NCBI RefSeq assembly: GCF_964204645.1
Contig: NC_134028.1
Span: 2,542,001 to 2,606,000 of the forward strand
Direction of reading: 5' to 3'
DNA length: 64,000 bases
From: Tubulanus polymorphus
Taxonomy: Eukaryota > Animalia > Nemertea
In this document: in pieces, positions 1 to 16,100 of the stretch
Layout: the number at the start of each line of letters is the position of its first letter
Position numbering within the stretch: position 1 is the stretch's first letter
Notes under the pieces: generated by a model
Database searches by the model: none
The model's input: only the letters and a program-made list of their open reading frames with translations
Told to the model about the DNA's origin: nothing
Position numbers and translations under genes: made by a program

Positions 1-1518
1 AGCCCGATGTGTACGGGGTAGGTACAGTATAATGATTTCAATCATGATCGGTATCTCTTTCCTGGCGAATCAAAACGTGAGTATTACCAATCAACTGCAC
101 TAATTTGTGTAAGTACTTTAAAGAGAGAAAATGGCTCGTTACGATGGAAATGTCAATGCGGTAACTTCCTTTTTGTCTTGTGTAAATGTATTGGCACCCC
201 GCGACGCCAAAATTTGAAATGACTGGATCGGCACTTCGTGCGGGTCATCCTCGCCCGCCGCGGGCAGTCCAGCGACGGCTGCGAGATTGGTGTGTGCTTT
301 TTGTAAGCCTATGAAATATAACGCGATTCAAAGAAAATAGAAAACAGACATGTCCTGCTAATTTCCCATTCTCAATTTCTTGTTGATCGGTGTTTAGCTA
401 TGATAAAGACGTTCGTAGCACGGCCGTGTTGGGCTAAAGCGAGTCATTCATATCGGTTTTCATTGATAATTAGCTCACATCTTCCCGAAGGGATTGGATA
501 TAACCTGCAGTATTTGGGAAACCCGGAAGTAAATCTTTGATGTAAACAATGCAAAAGGTTGAAAGCCTGTTTTGGTCGATGGCTAGTGACGTCATCAAGA
601 TCGCCTTTTTGTTACTCCCACAGCTAAACAACTCACTTTTAACGGTTAACCGCTGAATTTGAATTTTCTGTCAAGTGTATTCTTGCTGGCTGTTGATTAA
701 AAGATTGTGAATCATGTTTTCCGAACGTGTTAAGCTTGTCTCCGGACCAGTTGGTGGGAATATTGGTTTGAAAAAAGAGGTAGATTGCAAGATTATAAAA
801 AACTCACTGGGTAACACTGGTGAACGCCGCGAGGATCGTACACGGTGGTGCAGGCGAGGCGTCGCGACCGCGCGGCGGCAGGGCTTTTTAATTTTGGCTT
901 TTGCCAGTTTTGGAGTCTTGTTATTGCCACCACGGCCACGTTACCACCACACTCACATTGTCGCTAGGCCTACTGTACTGCCACTACTTTACTTGCTTGC
1001 TACTTACTCGGCTAAATTAATTTGTCTTCATCCACGCTTACTTCCCCCCTCCCCCCCCCCATGTTAACAAGTAATTTCTGCCAACCGAACCACCAGTCGC
1101 AGTAGCCGTAGGCAGTATACTATAGTGCAGTAGTGGGTACCCAGTGGCATGCCATTGCCATGCCACTGGGTATAGGCCTATGTTGCCCGTACACAGTCAC
1201 CACCTACTAATATTAGGCCTTAAATATTCCAACAACCATTCCAAATCCAGCAACAAAAAATAAACAATAAATTTTAAGGCCTCGAAACAGAAGAATGGTA
1301 GTTCCCTGTATTCAGAGTCAATGAAAATGTATTTCTTGTTGCAGATAGATAGCCTAACCAATTTCAGGATAAGTACTTTTCATTCCTTTATTTATATACG
1401 TAGCCTAACTGTTTAATCCTGGCCCTGGCCACTGAGGGTGTATGCATTAGGTCTGGTCCCAGTTTCACTGAGCTAGTTAGCCAACAATTAAGCTGAGAAA
1501 TTTTGTTAAGTGGCAATT

Positions 1519-1779
1519 CAGGGGCAGATCAGGAGAGTATACAGGGGTGTACACCCCTTAAAACTTTTAAGTCGCAATGAAATTTAAAGGAAAAATTAAA
1601 AATATCAACAAGTATTTTTAAAAAGCTTATATTCCAAAACATGTTCTCTGTAGGCCTACTTCCAAAATATAGGTAATATGTTTTCTGATGATCTGGTGCC
1701 CTTTTGATTTTTAATTATATATGATACTGATATGTATGCCCTATTTTGGGCTGCACCCCTCCCTGAATCAGTCTGCCTG
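1519..1779 (-). mobile_element. MITE (CAGGGG-terminus family) nested in the MULE
   Basis: Starts CAGGGGCAGATC. Both ends align in reverse orientation with the element at 29263-29460. Confidence 0.65.
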
Positions 1780-2233
1780 CAATTAAGAGGATGTTTATAG
1801 ATAATTTGATTTAGAGGAATCTTTTAATTTAGTGCCTGATGTTAGGCCTTCCACAGCCTGGTAGAGGTGGTTTAGGTGAACAAGTTAGTCTTCACACTGC
1901 AGGACTTTTAGGTGAAGGTGAAACTGGCCCTTGTTTATGCATAGGCTACTGTGTGTGCACGCTTATCTTTATGCTTATTCAATTAGAATACCCATGTAGC
2001 TACCAAATAAGCACCGCTTCAGAGGATTTTAGAAATTTTCACTTCAATAACACTGTGTTCTATTTTTGGGCACTAGCTACTATTATGCACAATTTTTTCA
2101 ATCAATTCTATCACATTGATATACATATATGTGTCACTTCTTTTGCATGTAGTAGGGTCTTACAGTAACCAGTGTGCTCTCTCACACCTCCCTGTGATAT
2201 TGGCCTGAGACTGACAAATAATCTTTTTTGTAG

Positions 2234-2600
2234 CGTATTGGTCTCGTAGCAGACAGCATTTTAAAGTATGCTGGGCTAGATGGTGTAGGCTTATTTGAAT
2301 GGACAAGGATCGTGTGCCCCGGAGGAACCATTGAAACATTGATGGAAGGTAATTTCTCGGTTCAGTACTGATTTATATTGTTCATTTTCATTGGGTTACT
2401 GATTAGTTGTATATTACAGAATTGAAAAAGGTGAAGATGCTGAATGTGGAACAACTAATCGTCCATGTTGGAACAAATAATATGACGCGTGATGTCCCGC
2501 TTGAGATTGTTCTGCGAAGACACGTTGAATTAATTCGATTGTTGCTCTATAAATGTACTGGGACCATCATTGTACCAGCTCTTTTTCCTCGATGTGATGA
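2234..2600 (+). CDS. SGNH/GDSL hydrolase-like exons inside the transposon (2234-2348, 2420-2600; possibly also 2683-2722)
   Basis: The GT-AG spliced translation RIGLVADSILKY...VCPGGTIETLMEE LKK...LIVHVGTNN...IIVPALFPRCD shows SGNH blocks I (xDS), II (PG) and III (GTN). Block V DxxH was not found. Confidence 0.7.
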
Positions 2601-2766
2601 GTAAGTATCAAGAATAGATTTTTCTTGAAGTACTATATTTATGATCGATGTAATGATTTTTAAATTTCTTTCTTTTTTAAAGTTTCGATGCTGACACAAA
2701 AATATTTTATAGAAATTCATTGGTATTGGTATGATTTATGCTGTAAAGCTTTGTTTTCATATTCAG

Positions 2767-3402
2767 GGATGCTACAATAGAAGTTGTCACAATACTAAAA
2801 GATTTAACAGAAAAAGGAAGTCAGTGGAACATGTAAGTTTGATGCCCTTTCTGCGAGACGCGGGTTCATTTTTGTTATTTTTGCTTAGATGTTGAAGCAA
2901 AAACAGATTAATGTGCTCTTCCACATTAGGTTATTCATCCACAGACGGATCCTGCTGACTCGACATGTTTTTGCGGAGTTGAATTCACCAATTGGAAAGA
3001 TCTTCTAGACCATGTTAGTTTAAACCATACTGAAATGTAAGTACAACATAATTCAATTAATTTAGTACCTACAAATCTAAATGACTTAATGCAAATGACT
3101 CAGAGATACCCATGTTTTATGTTAGGCCTATATGGGTAATTTCATACTCTATCTATTCATATGTCTAAAAAAAGTGAGTTGATAATGTGTATTTCAGGCG
3201 GACAATGGAGGAAGAAGGAAAGGACGCGGCTTGTGACAATTTCTCGGAAGGAACGATAGAGGAAGCAGAAAAGATGCAGGAAGATAGTTCGAAAGAAAGG
3301 ATAGAAAGATTAAAGATGCAGGAAGATAGCTGGATGGAAAACAAAAAACAGCTAAGTATCACAGGTGGTGGAGGTATCGAACCAATCATAATTGATGATT
3401 AA
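2767..3402 (+). CDS. Spliced C2H2-like zinc-finger and acidic-linker exons (2767-2832, 2930-3036, 3198-3402), likely the transposase N-terminus
   Basis: Phase-compatible exons give GCYNRSCHNTKRFNRKRKSVEH|VIH...CFCGVEFTNWKDLLDHVSLNH|MRTMEEE..., ending at the frame change into the DDE region. Confidence 0.55.
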
Positions 3403-4514
3403 TTAGTAGTGATGAAGGGGGGGCTACTCATGCAACTACCATCCAGTTAGTTCTAGCCAATACACCATGTAAAGACGAAAAATGTAATCATCCATCTGAA
3501 TTCTATATATTTAATGATGGCAATGGTTTTTTCAGAATCAAGCCATGTTCATCAACATCTAGATTTTGTCCTTTTGTACAACATGATAAAGATGCAAGTC
3601 TAAAGCAAGGAGCATCTGACAATAATCTTAAATCAGTACTATGTAATTTTCATGTCCTGCAGTGTATTCGTCGCTTCATGAATGAAAATCAAGAACTTCG
3701 CTTATTTTGCAAGCCTCTAGAAACTGGTTTCAAATGCATTATGAGATCATGGGATGCTTCCTCTAGAACTGATATAGCCAATTCATTTATTAGTTTTATT
3801 GAGAATGATATTTCTTTAGACCTTATGTCGCAAGATACAAAAACATTATTTATTGATTACCTAAAGAAGAATTGGTTTAATTCCCAAATTTGGTATGATG
3901 CATTCAATGCTGAATCAATTTATCAGTCAGACCAATCTAACAGAAATAACCCTTTGCTATTAACTGATAATATTACTGAGCGCAAATTCAAACAAATAGA
4001 TGATGTCTACTTAAGTGGACACCTAAATAAACTGATATCATCTTTTGTACGATTACTGTTTGAAAATGTTTTTAATGATGAGATCAAAGCGACAAATATG
4101 AACAATCTCCAATTTAAGCAACTTGACCAACGAGTTAAGAATATACGTCACCTTGAAAAGATAGAAAATTGTTGCAAAAGAGCCTTTGATTTATTACAGA
4201 ATAATGAGATTTTAAAATATGATGAAGAAACTAATTGGTTTGTTGTGAAGAGTTCTTCACGAAAGAACTTAAATAGGTTAGAAGATAATGATAATTTTTT
4301 CAATGGTGATACTCAATATACATTCAATCAGCTTGATGTTTTAGAAGAAAGATTCCCCGATAAAGTATCAATATCCGAGGAACATTCATATGACATTTCA
4401 AAAAAATGCCGAAGGTACATAGGAAATTTAGATTCAATATCCAGTCGTATCTTATTCAATTACGTTATTACAATCGTTCCTGAAAATTGGAAACCAGGGC
4501 CCATTGCACTATGA
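3399..4514 (+). pseudogene. MULE-type DDE transposase, C-terminal catalytic region; 5' part frameshifted or deleted
   Basis: Stop-free frame 3399-4514 extends the 3678 ORF upstream. It contains FVQHDKD (second D), LCNFHVLQ (Mutator CxxH motif), YLKKNWF and TDNITERKFKQI (E motif). No in-frame first D found; the frame changes near 3395-3402. Confidence 0.8.
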
Positions 4515-4689
4515 AAGACACTTGACATTTTTTTGGGACAGATCTTTCTATATGTTTATGTCCTCGAGGCATCTGAAGTTAAGAAAATTCCCTTTGAAAA
4601 CTGGAAATGACATAATGAAATAAGTTGTGGAATGTTTACAAATGACAAAATGAATGAATTTTGCATTCCTAAGGCCCTATATATTTACT

Positions 4690-5560
4690 GCAGTTAGTCC
4701 TGTATGTCTTTTTTATCGCAATTTACTGTGGTTTATTCCTGTTTGTCCTGTATGTCTTTGTGATCGCGATCGCAATTCATTGGTTGCATTGTTTACTGTT
4801 AGTCCTGTATGTCTATCGCAATTAAGTTAGTCCTGTATGTCCTGTATGTCTTAGTTAATCGCAATTCATTGGTTGTTGAATTGTCTACTGTTAGTCCTGT
4901 ATGTCCTGTGGTTTAGTCCTGTATGTCTTAGTTAATCGCAATTCGTTGGTTGAATTGTCTACTGTTAATCCTGTATGTCCTGTATGTCTATCGCAATTAA
5001 GTTAGTCCTGTATTTCTTAAATAATCGCAATTCATTGGTTAATGAATTGTCTACTGTTAGTCCTGTATGTCCTGTGGTTTTGTCCTGTATGTCTTTGTGA
5101 TCGCGATCGCAATTCATTGGTTGCATTGTTTACTGTTAGTCCTGTATGTCTATCGCAATTAAGTTAGTCCTGTATGTCCTGTATGTCTTAGTTAATCGCA
5201 ATTCATTGGTTGTTGAATTGTCTACTGTTAGTCCTGTATGTCCTGTGGTTTAGTCCTGTATGTCTTAGTTAGTCGCAATTCGTTGGTTGAATTGTCTACT
5301 GTTAATCCTGTATGTCCTGTATGTCTATCGCAATTAAGTTAGTCCTGTTTGTCCTGTATGTCTTAGCTACGAGCAATTATCAAACTTGATAATTGCTCGT
5401 AGGTCTTAGTTAATCGCAATTCATTGGTTGCATGGTTTACTGTTAAAGCTGTATGTTCTGTATCTCTATCGCAATTTCATTGGTTGCATTGTTTACTGTT
5501 AAAGCTGTATGCTCTGTATCTCTATCGCAATTTCATTGGTTGAATTGTTAACAGTCCTCT
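4690..5560. repeat. Complex satellite built from GTCCTGTAT / ATCGCAATT / TACTGTT subunits, with a 337-bp higher-order duplication
   Basis: Many GTCCTGTATGTC copies. The block starting at 4744 recurs almost identically at 5081. Confidence 0.95.
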
Positions 5561-5699
5561 GTATGTACATGTAAAAATAATTAAGGTTCTGACAACAGGT
5601 TTGTAAAGTAATCAGCTATCTGTTTTGTCTATCGTTGCTTAAATTGTTAACTGTTGTTTTAGAGTTCTGTATGTCTTTGTCGATCATTTTGTCTGCACT

Positions 5700-5937
5700 C
5701 AGGGGCGGATCCAGCATTTTGAAGGGGGGGCAAATGAAAGCAACAACAGATGGCTGTAAGCCATTCCAGAGCAAGCACCGATAACGCGAAGACCCTTCCT
5801 AAAAATTTTTTGGAAAAATAGATGCAAGCAGGTGCATTCTGAGCATTACTTAATAGAAAGATTTCATTCGGTTTTTACTCAGTAACGCATAGATTTGCGG
5901 CTACATCGGTAAAAATAGAGGGGTGGATCCGCCACTG
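5700..5937. mobile_element. MITE with CAGGGGCGGATCC...GGATCCGCCACTG termini
   Basis: 13-bp TIR with 1 mismatch; no TSD recognisable. Confidence 0.65.
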
Positions 5938-7088
5938 AATAGCTATTGTTTTGTGTAGGATTGTATCTGTGAATTAAGTAAAGTTACTTACTCCAGTCTG
6001 ATGTTATTGCTTATTGCTCGTATTTTATTGTTTTAAGTGTGCGAATACTTTTCTTAGATTTATGGAGATCAGGATGACGAGGGTTCGATTTGAACCAACA
6101 AATAAACAAAAACATTCAAACCTCAAATTAATCCGTTTACTTGTCTTTATTTTTGGGGAACATTTTTTTACCTAGTTCAGATTTGATAACACAGTAGTCG
6201 CTTGTTCCAAAGCGATGTGCCGTTGAAGACAGACCTGAAGGTCTTTGCCGACAGCGATGCTATCCAGGATTTCAAAGGATGTGAAGAAGGTGCATCTTCG
6301 ACAACCATAGTTTGCAGTTTTAACAATTTAAAACAATAATAGTTTCATTAAACAACTTAAAATTTAAAGATTTAGTGGACTTACTGTTTAACCAGGGCAG
6401 GGATTTCTCGCAACCGTACATGATATATACATACACTAGCAGTAAATACAATGTACTTCTAACCCTTATAAAACTTAAACTATTATTAGTTATTTTACAA
6501 TTATTAAACGGCAACGTTGAAATGCGATGTGCGCTCAGAGCGGCCGTAGTGATTTTGGCGTATTGTGGGATTCGAACCGCTCGGAATTTGTACTAGTGAC
6601 GTCACTCGCCATCGACCAAAACAGGCTTTCAACCTTTTGCGTAAACAATAGGTATTTTCACTATAAAGTTTCGATAAAATCCCAAGAAGTTCGTTTCGTA
6701 TAACCAGAACGACTGTCCAATGTTTGATATCACCTTGGTAAGAAATGTGACCATATTTCAATCATACACCGTCATATTGACAAAAAATAAGTAAGTGGAG
6801 ATGCTGGACTCCCCAGTGCGCGCTGGCCTCTTTGACTTTTAGACCTAACTAGGACCGCTGTCAGTGTTATGTCAGACCCACTCCACTCCTCCAACGTGGA
6901 TGACATATACTGTCATCCAGTGCAAGCAAATGAGCAGCGCATGACAGATACTGTGCATGAAAAACTGCCTAAGGCCATATCACTGATGTCTATTATGGAT
7001 GCCACTTTTTCTACATTTAATTTAGACTTCTCAATTTGCCCAGATTTATAGATGTGAAAATTACACCTGTACACTCCTTTTATGCTGA

Positions 7089-10147
<3,059 letters not shown>

Positions 10148-13100
10148 CAATTTTGTAAAATAATGACATGTATATTTTTTATCATTAGTGATATAATGCA
10201 ATGTGTTACACAAACATAATATAGTACAAAGAAAAATCAAACTATCAAACCATAAATCAAATCATATATGTATGTCCTCTGTGATAAATCTCCAGGGCCA
10301 GCTTCCTATTCTCTCATTCTCTGTCGATATCTAATCCTTAATCAAATCGAATATCTCCTGCGTATTCGGTAGAAAAATCTTCTATTTTTGCTATTGGGAA
10401 ATATCTATTCAATACTGGTTGTTTTTACTACTAAATTTTATGAAATAAGTCTCTCTTCTTATTGTTTTTGTGTTGACTGCAACCGATCGTGATTTTCTTT
10501 GAATAACCGGTTATTCAAAGAATCTTTGAATAACCGGTATAAGTCTTTTCAAAAGTTTAAAGCACAGATGTAAAGAAATTACCGAGCTTCAGTTTTTCCA
10601 CGTAAATATTATGTGTTGAATTCTGTTATATAGTTTTTTTTTTGAGTAATGTAAAATTTACGATTGAATTCGTTAGATGTTCATTATCAGTAGTTTATAT
10701 CATTTATCGAGTATTCTATTTTGTATTTCAAAACGATGTATCTAAAAGACCAAAAGTGATATTAGATTTTCATAGTTTTCATTTTCAAGAAACTCTTCCA
10801 GTTTATACTGACTGATCAAATACATTCCTTCCGAATGATTTTATTGTGTGATATAAAGAAGTGAAACCTCATTAAAATGCCAACTTCTAGGATACCGGCA
10901 AAATATATGGTTGTATAAATGAAAAAAATAGGTTAATTTTGAAACGGTGCATAGGAATATGGATGATATAACGATGTTTGACTTAATATTTGATTGTCCG
11001 TGGATAGATAAATGATTTACCTAAATACTATGCAGCTCAAAAACCTGAAAAATAGACATGTGCACGATTTCGCATCTCGTGTATAACGGGTAATCTCCTG
11101 TATTAACAGGAAGTGTAGGTACGTCCGTTTTGTTGATTAGGCCTACGCGAGGAAATGTTTAATTAACACGATCTTTTTAAGCGAAATCTGATATTTCCTT
11201 TTCTACGGTAAACAGATATGTTGTTATTATGTAAGGGTCACCCTTGGCGCTTGTTTCCGTCCAAACCGTGTGGATGACACCATCGAAAGATATAATTTTC
11301 GACATCTAGTAATTGAAGACTTTGCTGCTGCCGTTAGGTTGTGAAATGCCAGAACTCAAAATACGGCGCATTCATTTGTGAATTTTCTATATTGATTTTA
11401 TACTCGCGTTTACGCTATCTTCTTTGTAATCAAAGATATATAATCGTTGAAATAAATAAATCAACTACATTTACAACAAAACATTTATGTTTTATGATTT
11501 TGAGAAATTGCTCAATGCGATTAGGCAGTAAACGTATTTGTGTTGTCTCTGTGTTGAGTTTTCTGACATTAGCAGAAGCGGACCCATGGTTTTGACTACT
11601 CAACGAAAGATAAAAGGATACTTAGAAAGACGCATTATTAATGCATGTAGTTGAATCGACCCCAATTCATGGGCTATTTTACAACTCCTCCCCAAAAACT
11701 CGTCAGATTTATTTAGTGTACTCGCACATCTACTAGGTAGATGTTGCCTCATAAAACATTTCAAAGTAGTTTTGAGTTTCGTCAGCATTTTCTTGAATTC
11801 AAGGAGTAACTGACACTTGTTCAAGAATGTTCTACTATCGGAATAAATCGATTGATGATAGTATAGACTATTGAGGTCGCTAATTTAGAAGTTTAAAGTT
11901 TTTTGAGTATCCCCAGTGAAGCGCATCTGAACTTGGGATGAGTTCAAACCCTGCGGCTTGTTTCCATTCAACCTCGGATGAGGAAGGTTGATAACTTTTC
12001 TACATCTCCAGGGTTTTCAAATAACGTTTTAGAAAATGGAAGACCGGTTCACCCGACCTTGGGTTAGTAGAGGATATTATCAATTACCGGGCCTCGAGAG
12101 TAACTCTTCACTTAAGATATTGATGAGTACCGACCTTTTCCGCCCATTTTTCATGGACTTCTCGGCATCGATCATAATTCTTCTAAAGCGCGGATAGCTA
12201 TAAACTAAGCTATGAAATATTTGTGTAATGTTTATCAATTAATCACGCAATTCTCCAGTCTTAACGTATAGGTCTTAACAGTGGAAATCATATCATTCGA
12301 CCAAGATCTTGGAACTAGGTTATGGAGGAAAAGGAAACATTTCAAAACGATTTTCTGTGAATTGATATTTTTTCCTATATTTACCGCTTTGCGACCATAT
12401 ATTCGTTATCTGTGACTTAATTTTTTCCTAGATTCGTTTGCCCGATTTTTTCAGTGAGCATGCATCGCCTCCGTTAACCAGTCCATAGAAAGCGTGTGGG
12501 AAAAACACGAAATAAAGTCGCAGTAGGTTGATTTAGAAAAAAAAAGAATTTAAAAAAGACGCTGAAAAATCGTTTATATGAAATCATTTTTAATCATTTC
12601 CTAGACGCTTCCGTTTAGAACTGATTTTTACTTGTGATCGTCGTTTCTTTGTAACGAAAAATGATAACTATATTTCCAAGACACGTATGATAGTTAATAG
12701 TCATACGTAGGTTTTCACATGCACAACTTCAATCACTTTCATCTCTGGTTCGGTATGCGTGCAATCAATTACTATCATACACAGTGACGTCAACGCCTCA
12801 TGTGATTTCCGCCTCGTTGGATACCAACTGCGTTTACCGTGCACGAATGTTGGCTGGCTTCCCGTAGTCCGAAAATTACGTTGATGTTTAGACTGTAATT
12901 ACATGCTGGACCTATTTGATGAAGTATATCGAATTCCCCGTGAAGGGACTCGCCCACAGCATGGACGTATAATTTAGTTTATACCTCCATGCCCATCACT
13001 ATCGCAGGAATTAGCGGAATAGCTGAATAAAACGGGTTTCAAAAGTGATATCTTTTCCTAGCTCCGGAACTAAGCGAAAGTTGGCGACACCAATGTAAGG

Positions 13101-16100
13101 GAGTGAGCTGGTTTAGAAGGAATCCTAGGTGATCAGTACCCCCCTAAATATTGGTGAATATTCTCCTAAATTGAATATTAGACTCTAGACCCGACTAAAG
13201 CTGTTTTCTTCACAATGAAATACTATTCCTCTGTTTACATACTAAATCTTACGACTGAACAACAATTAGATTTATTTCTCACAAACTGCTCCTCAATTTA
13301 TCATATATATGTTTGCGAATGTTCTCGTGTCGAAGTCGTTCTGCGAATCATTAGTAAGAACGTTGCCATAATCAATTTACAGGGATGTCATTATTCGCAT
13401 TTCTATGGAAGCGTCCTGGAGACATATTTGTAAAAAAATCAAAAGGTTTTTTACGCTCGTTTAAACCAATTTTGAATAAACCCTCAACATGTCCCAAGGA
13501 CCTACCGTACATTTCTGTAACTGAGCTTAGGTTCTATATCTTTCATACCTTTTATAACATTTCCTTGCTCATATTCAACTAGGTATCATTTCTAGCGATG
13601 AAATATAAAAGCGCGAATAAAAGTCAAATTCTAGGCGGAAACGTACGGAAGCGTCTTGGAAACATGAGAAAACAGAAAATAAACATTTGATTTTGAAACG
13701 GACGAACACTCTCAATTCGAAGCAATCTTTCGCTGCCCTTCGGTGCAATATTGAACACGCGATCACAAACGTATTACAATACTCATTTTGCTAAGTACGT
13801 ATAGCTTCAAAGACACGAAGCATAACGATTGGGAGTCTGGTTCTATTTTTATCACCGTACACACGAATTATGCCGGTGGTTGCAGGGTTTTACGAACGAA
13901 AATAGCAACACTTCGCTAAATATAGCGACTTGTTGCCTCTGGTATAGCAAAGATCGAAAATCACTCCCAGTATATACGCTATCAGATATGAAAACGTCTG
14001 TTATCATTTCGACATCACTCGATGACTCCATTCGCGAGGTCTCACGAGGTTAATAATGGCTGCTGAAACCTAACGTATATACGGGATTTGTGAGAAACGT
14101 TGAACATATTTCAAACTAAACACATTTTATGAAATCTGGACATCGGTTGTCTGGCATTTTTACGTAAATTGATATTTTTGAAGATATCTAAGCGCTTTTG
14201 GGTGCGCGCGTACGTTGTTCTTGCAGGGGGTATGAAACTTGAATTCGTCAGACTTCGTTTTAATGGCAACTCGACGCATCGATGGCAACGTTACACAAAT
14301 ACACGTACTATGTTATTTGTTAAAAGTATTAACTGTTCTTGCGATTATATGTATCATGGTTTACGAAAATAAATTATTATAATAATCAAAGATTATTCAA
14401 AAAAATTCTTTCCTCAAATTCCGTGTGTTTTTATTAACTTCTATCCTACAAAAACTTCCTTTAGGTTATGTTTGCTATTGATCCAATTTGCTTTACGTAT
14501 CGAGGTTCTCATAACAATATGAATATAAACTCCGCACCCACCTGTTACGTCATTATACGGATAATTATTCGCAGCAGGTTATTTTTTGTCATGAATCTAT
14601 AATTATCATTACCAGATTTAAAAAAACCATAGGTTTGATTGATTGATTGATTATCTTTAGATGAGATCATATTTTGCGTAGTTTCATCATCACACTCCTA
14701 GGTGATTATCGCCTGATTCAAACAATCAGTAGTTTATTAATACTGGTCGTTGATCGAAACCAGATATATTTCTGTTGATATATTTATAAACCAAGGTTCG
14801 TATCAGTAAAACGCAAAAAATGAAAACGCTAACCAATTTCTAGCTATCAACCAGACAGAATACCGAGTACACGTCTCATACGTAATTCCGATAATCGATT
14901 TAAACTACTGAAATAAGAATGGAATGAAGTATGGACTGAATGAAACTTGAAATGGAGAACTGTGCAGAAATGATGTAATTTCTAAGAAAATTTGAAGGTT
15001 TTTATTTGAATAGTGTACGGGTGGTTAGCACGATTGTCACATCATCTGAGCCCGTATCGCGAGACTAAGAAAACGCGCATAGGGCACGTCATTGGTCAGC
15101 CGATTCACTCCAAAAACGAATTAAAGTAGCGGACTGTTGTGCGTTGCGCAAATTACTTTTTGAGTCGTGAAATAATGATAATGTATTCGCGAACGCCTAC
15201 GGACTTGGCAAACATCCACGACTATCACGCCTACAGAAGCTGTATTAAATTGTTCGTTATATAATCTAATAATCTACTTTTTTCAATCAGTTTCAGAGAT
15301 TCATACATAATCTAGTCTTCACGAACGATGAGAGGTCCATCTTCGTATAAGCAAAAATAAATTTATTGAGTTGAGCATCCAATAACAATTTTTCCTACTT
15401 CAATCACCAAAGGAATATATTCATATATACTTAAGATAAAGATACAGAAAAGCAATGGCTATTTTGTAGGCTCTTTCACTTCTAGAACCACGCGTAAAAA
15501 TGTTTTGGATGGTATAAAAATCGTGCTCGCGCAATTTCTTATAGAGATGTGAATTATCGAAAACACTGGTAAATGCACTGTATGAATGCATCATTCCTAT
15601 CCACATGTGTATTTAGTTGACCTTTGAAATTAAACTGGGGTAGACCGCAGTCCACAAGAGTCATAGATTACCGACCTAAGCCGGCTATAAAATCTCATAG
15701 TTTAGCCGCCTTGTTCTTGATGGAAGAGTATAGACACTCTTACATCATTCTGAAGTGAAAGAAAACGTGATTTCGCTATCGGCGAAAGCATTCTGACCCG
15801 CATTTCATGAATGCTAGAAGATCTCTAAGTCTCGTTCGTGGCATTTATGCTTGATTAATTTGCGTTGTTCTTCATACATTATGTTCAACACCTGTGGATT
15901 TATGTTCAGCCTTAGATCCATAAACGATAATCTATCTTTCATGTTACAGGAATTTAGAGTCAAATAATGAAAACACTTAGGGTTTATACACAAAAGAGTC
16001 ATTACTATGCAAAATTTTGAATTGAAACAAAGGAAAATAAGTAATGAATATTTTCGGCATGTATCGATGATTTGACGCGAGGAAATTATTTCTCTCGCTG

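Larger units (their letters stand above)
551..6640 (+). mobile_element. Mutator/MULE-superfamily DNA transposon, 6.09 kb, probably non-autonomous or decayed
   Basis: 44-bp TIRs at 551-594 (GCAAAAGGTTGAAAGCCTGTTTTGGTCGATGGCTAGTGACGTCA) and 6597-6640 (reverse complement, 1 mismatch). Perfect 9-bp TSD GTAAACAAT at 542-550 and 6641-6649. Internal transposase motifs. Confidence 0.92.

Noticed and set aside
1-480. Possible exons at the window edge (GC-richer stretch 190-310, GTGAGT at 77)
   Set aside because: No recognisable protein motif or consistent splice chain on either strand.
714-1067. 117-aa ORF near the left TIR
   Set aside because: Low-complexity translation with no motif; treated as subterminal transposon sequence.
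4690-5560. CRISPR-like appearance of repeats with variable intervening sequence
   Set aside because: The intervening parts are themselves repeated, the context is eukaryotic and there are no cas genes; it is a satellite.
6170-6320. Possible convergent accessory-gene exon at the right end of the MULE
   Set aside because: Frames are short with no recognisable motif.
11925-11990. GTTCAAAC B-box-like motif suggesting a tRNA or SINE
   Set aside because: No cloverleaf or A-box could be built.
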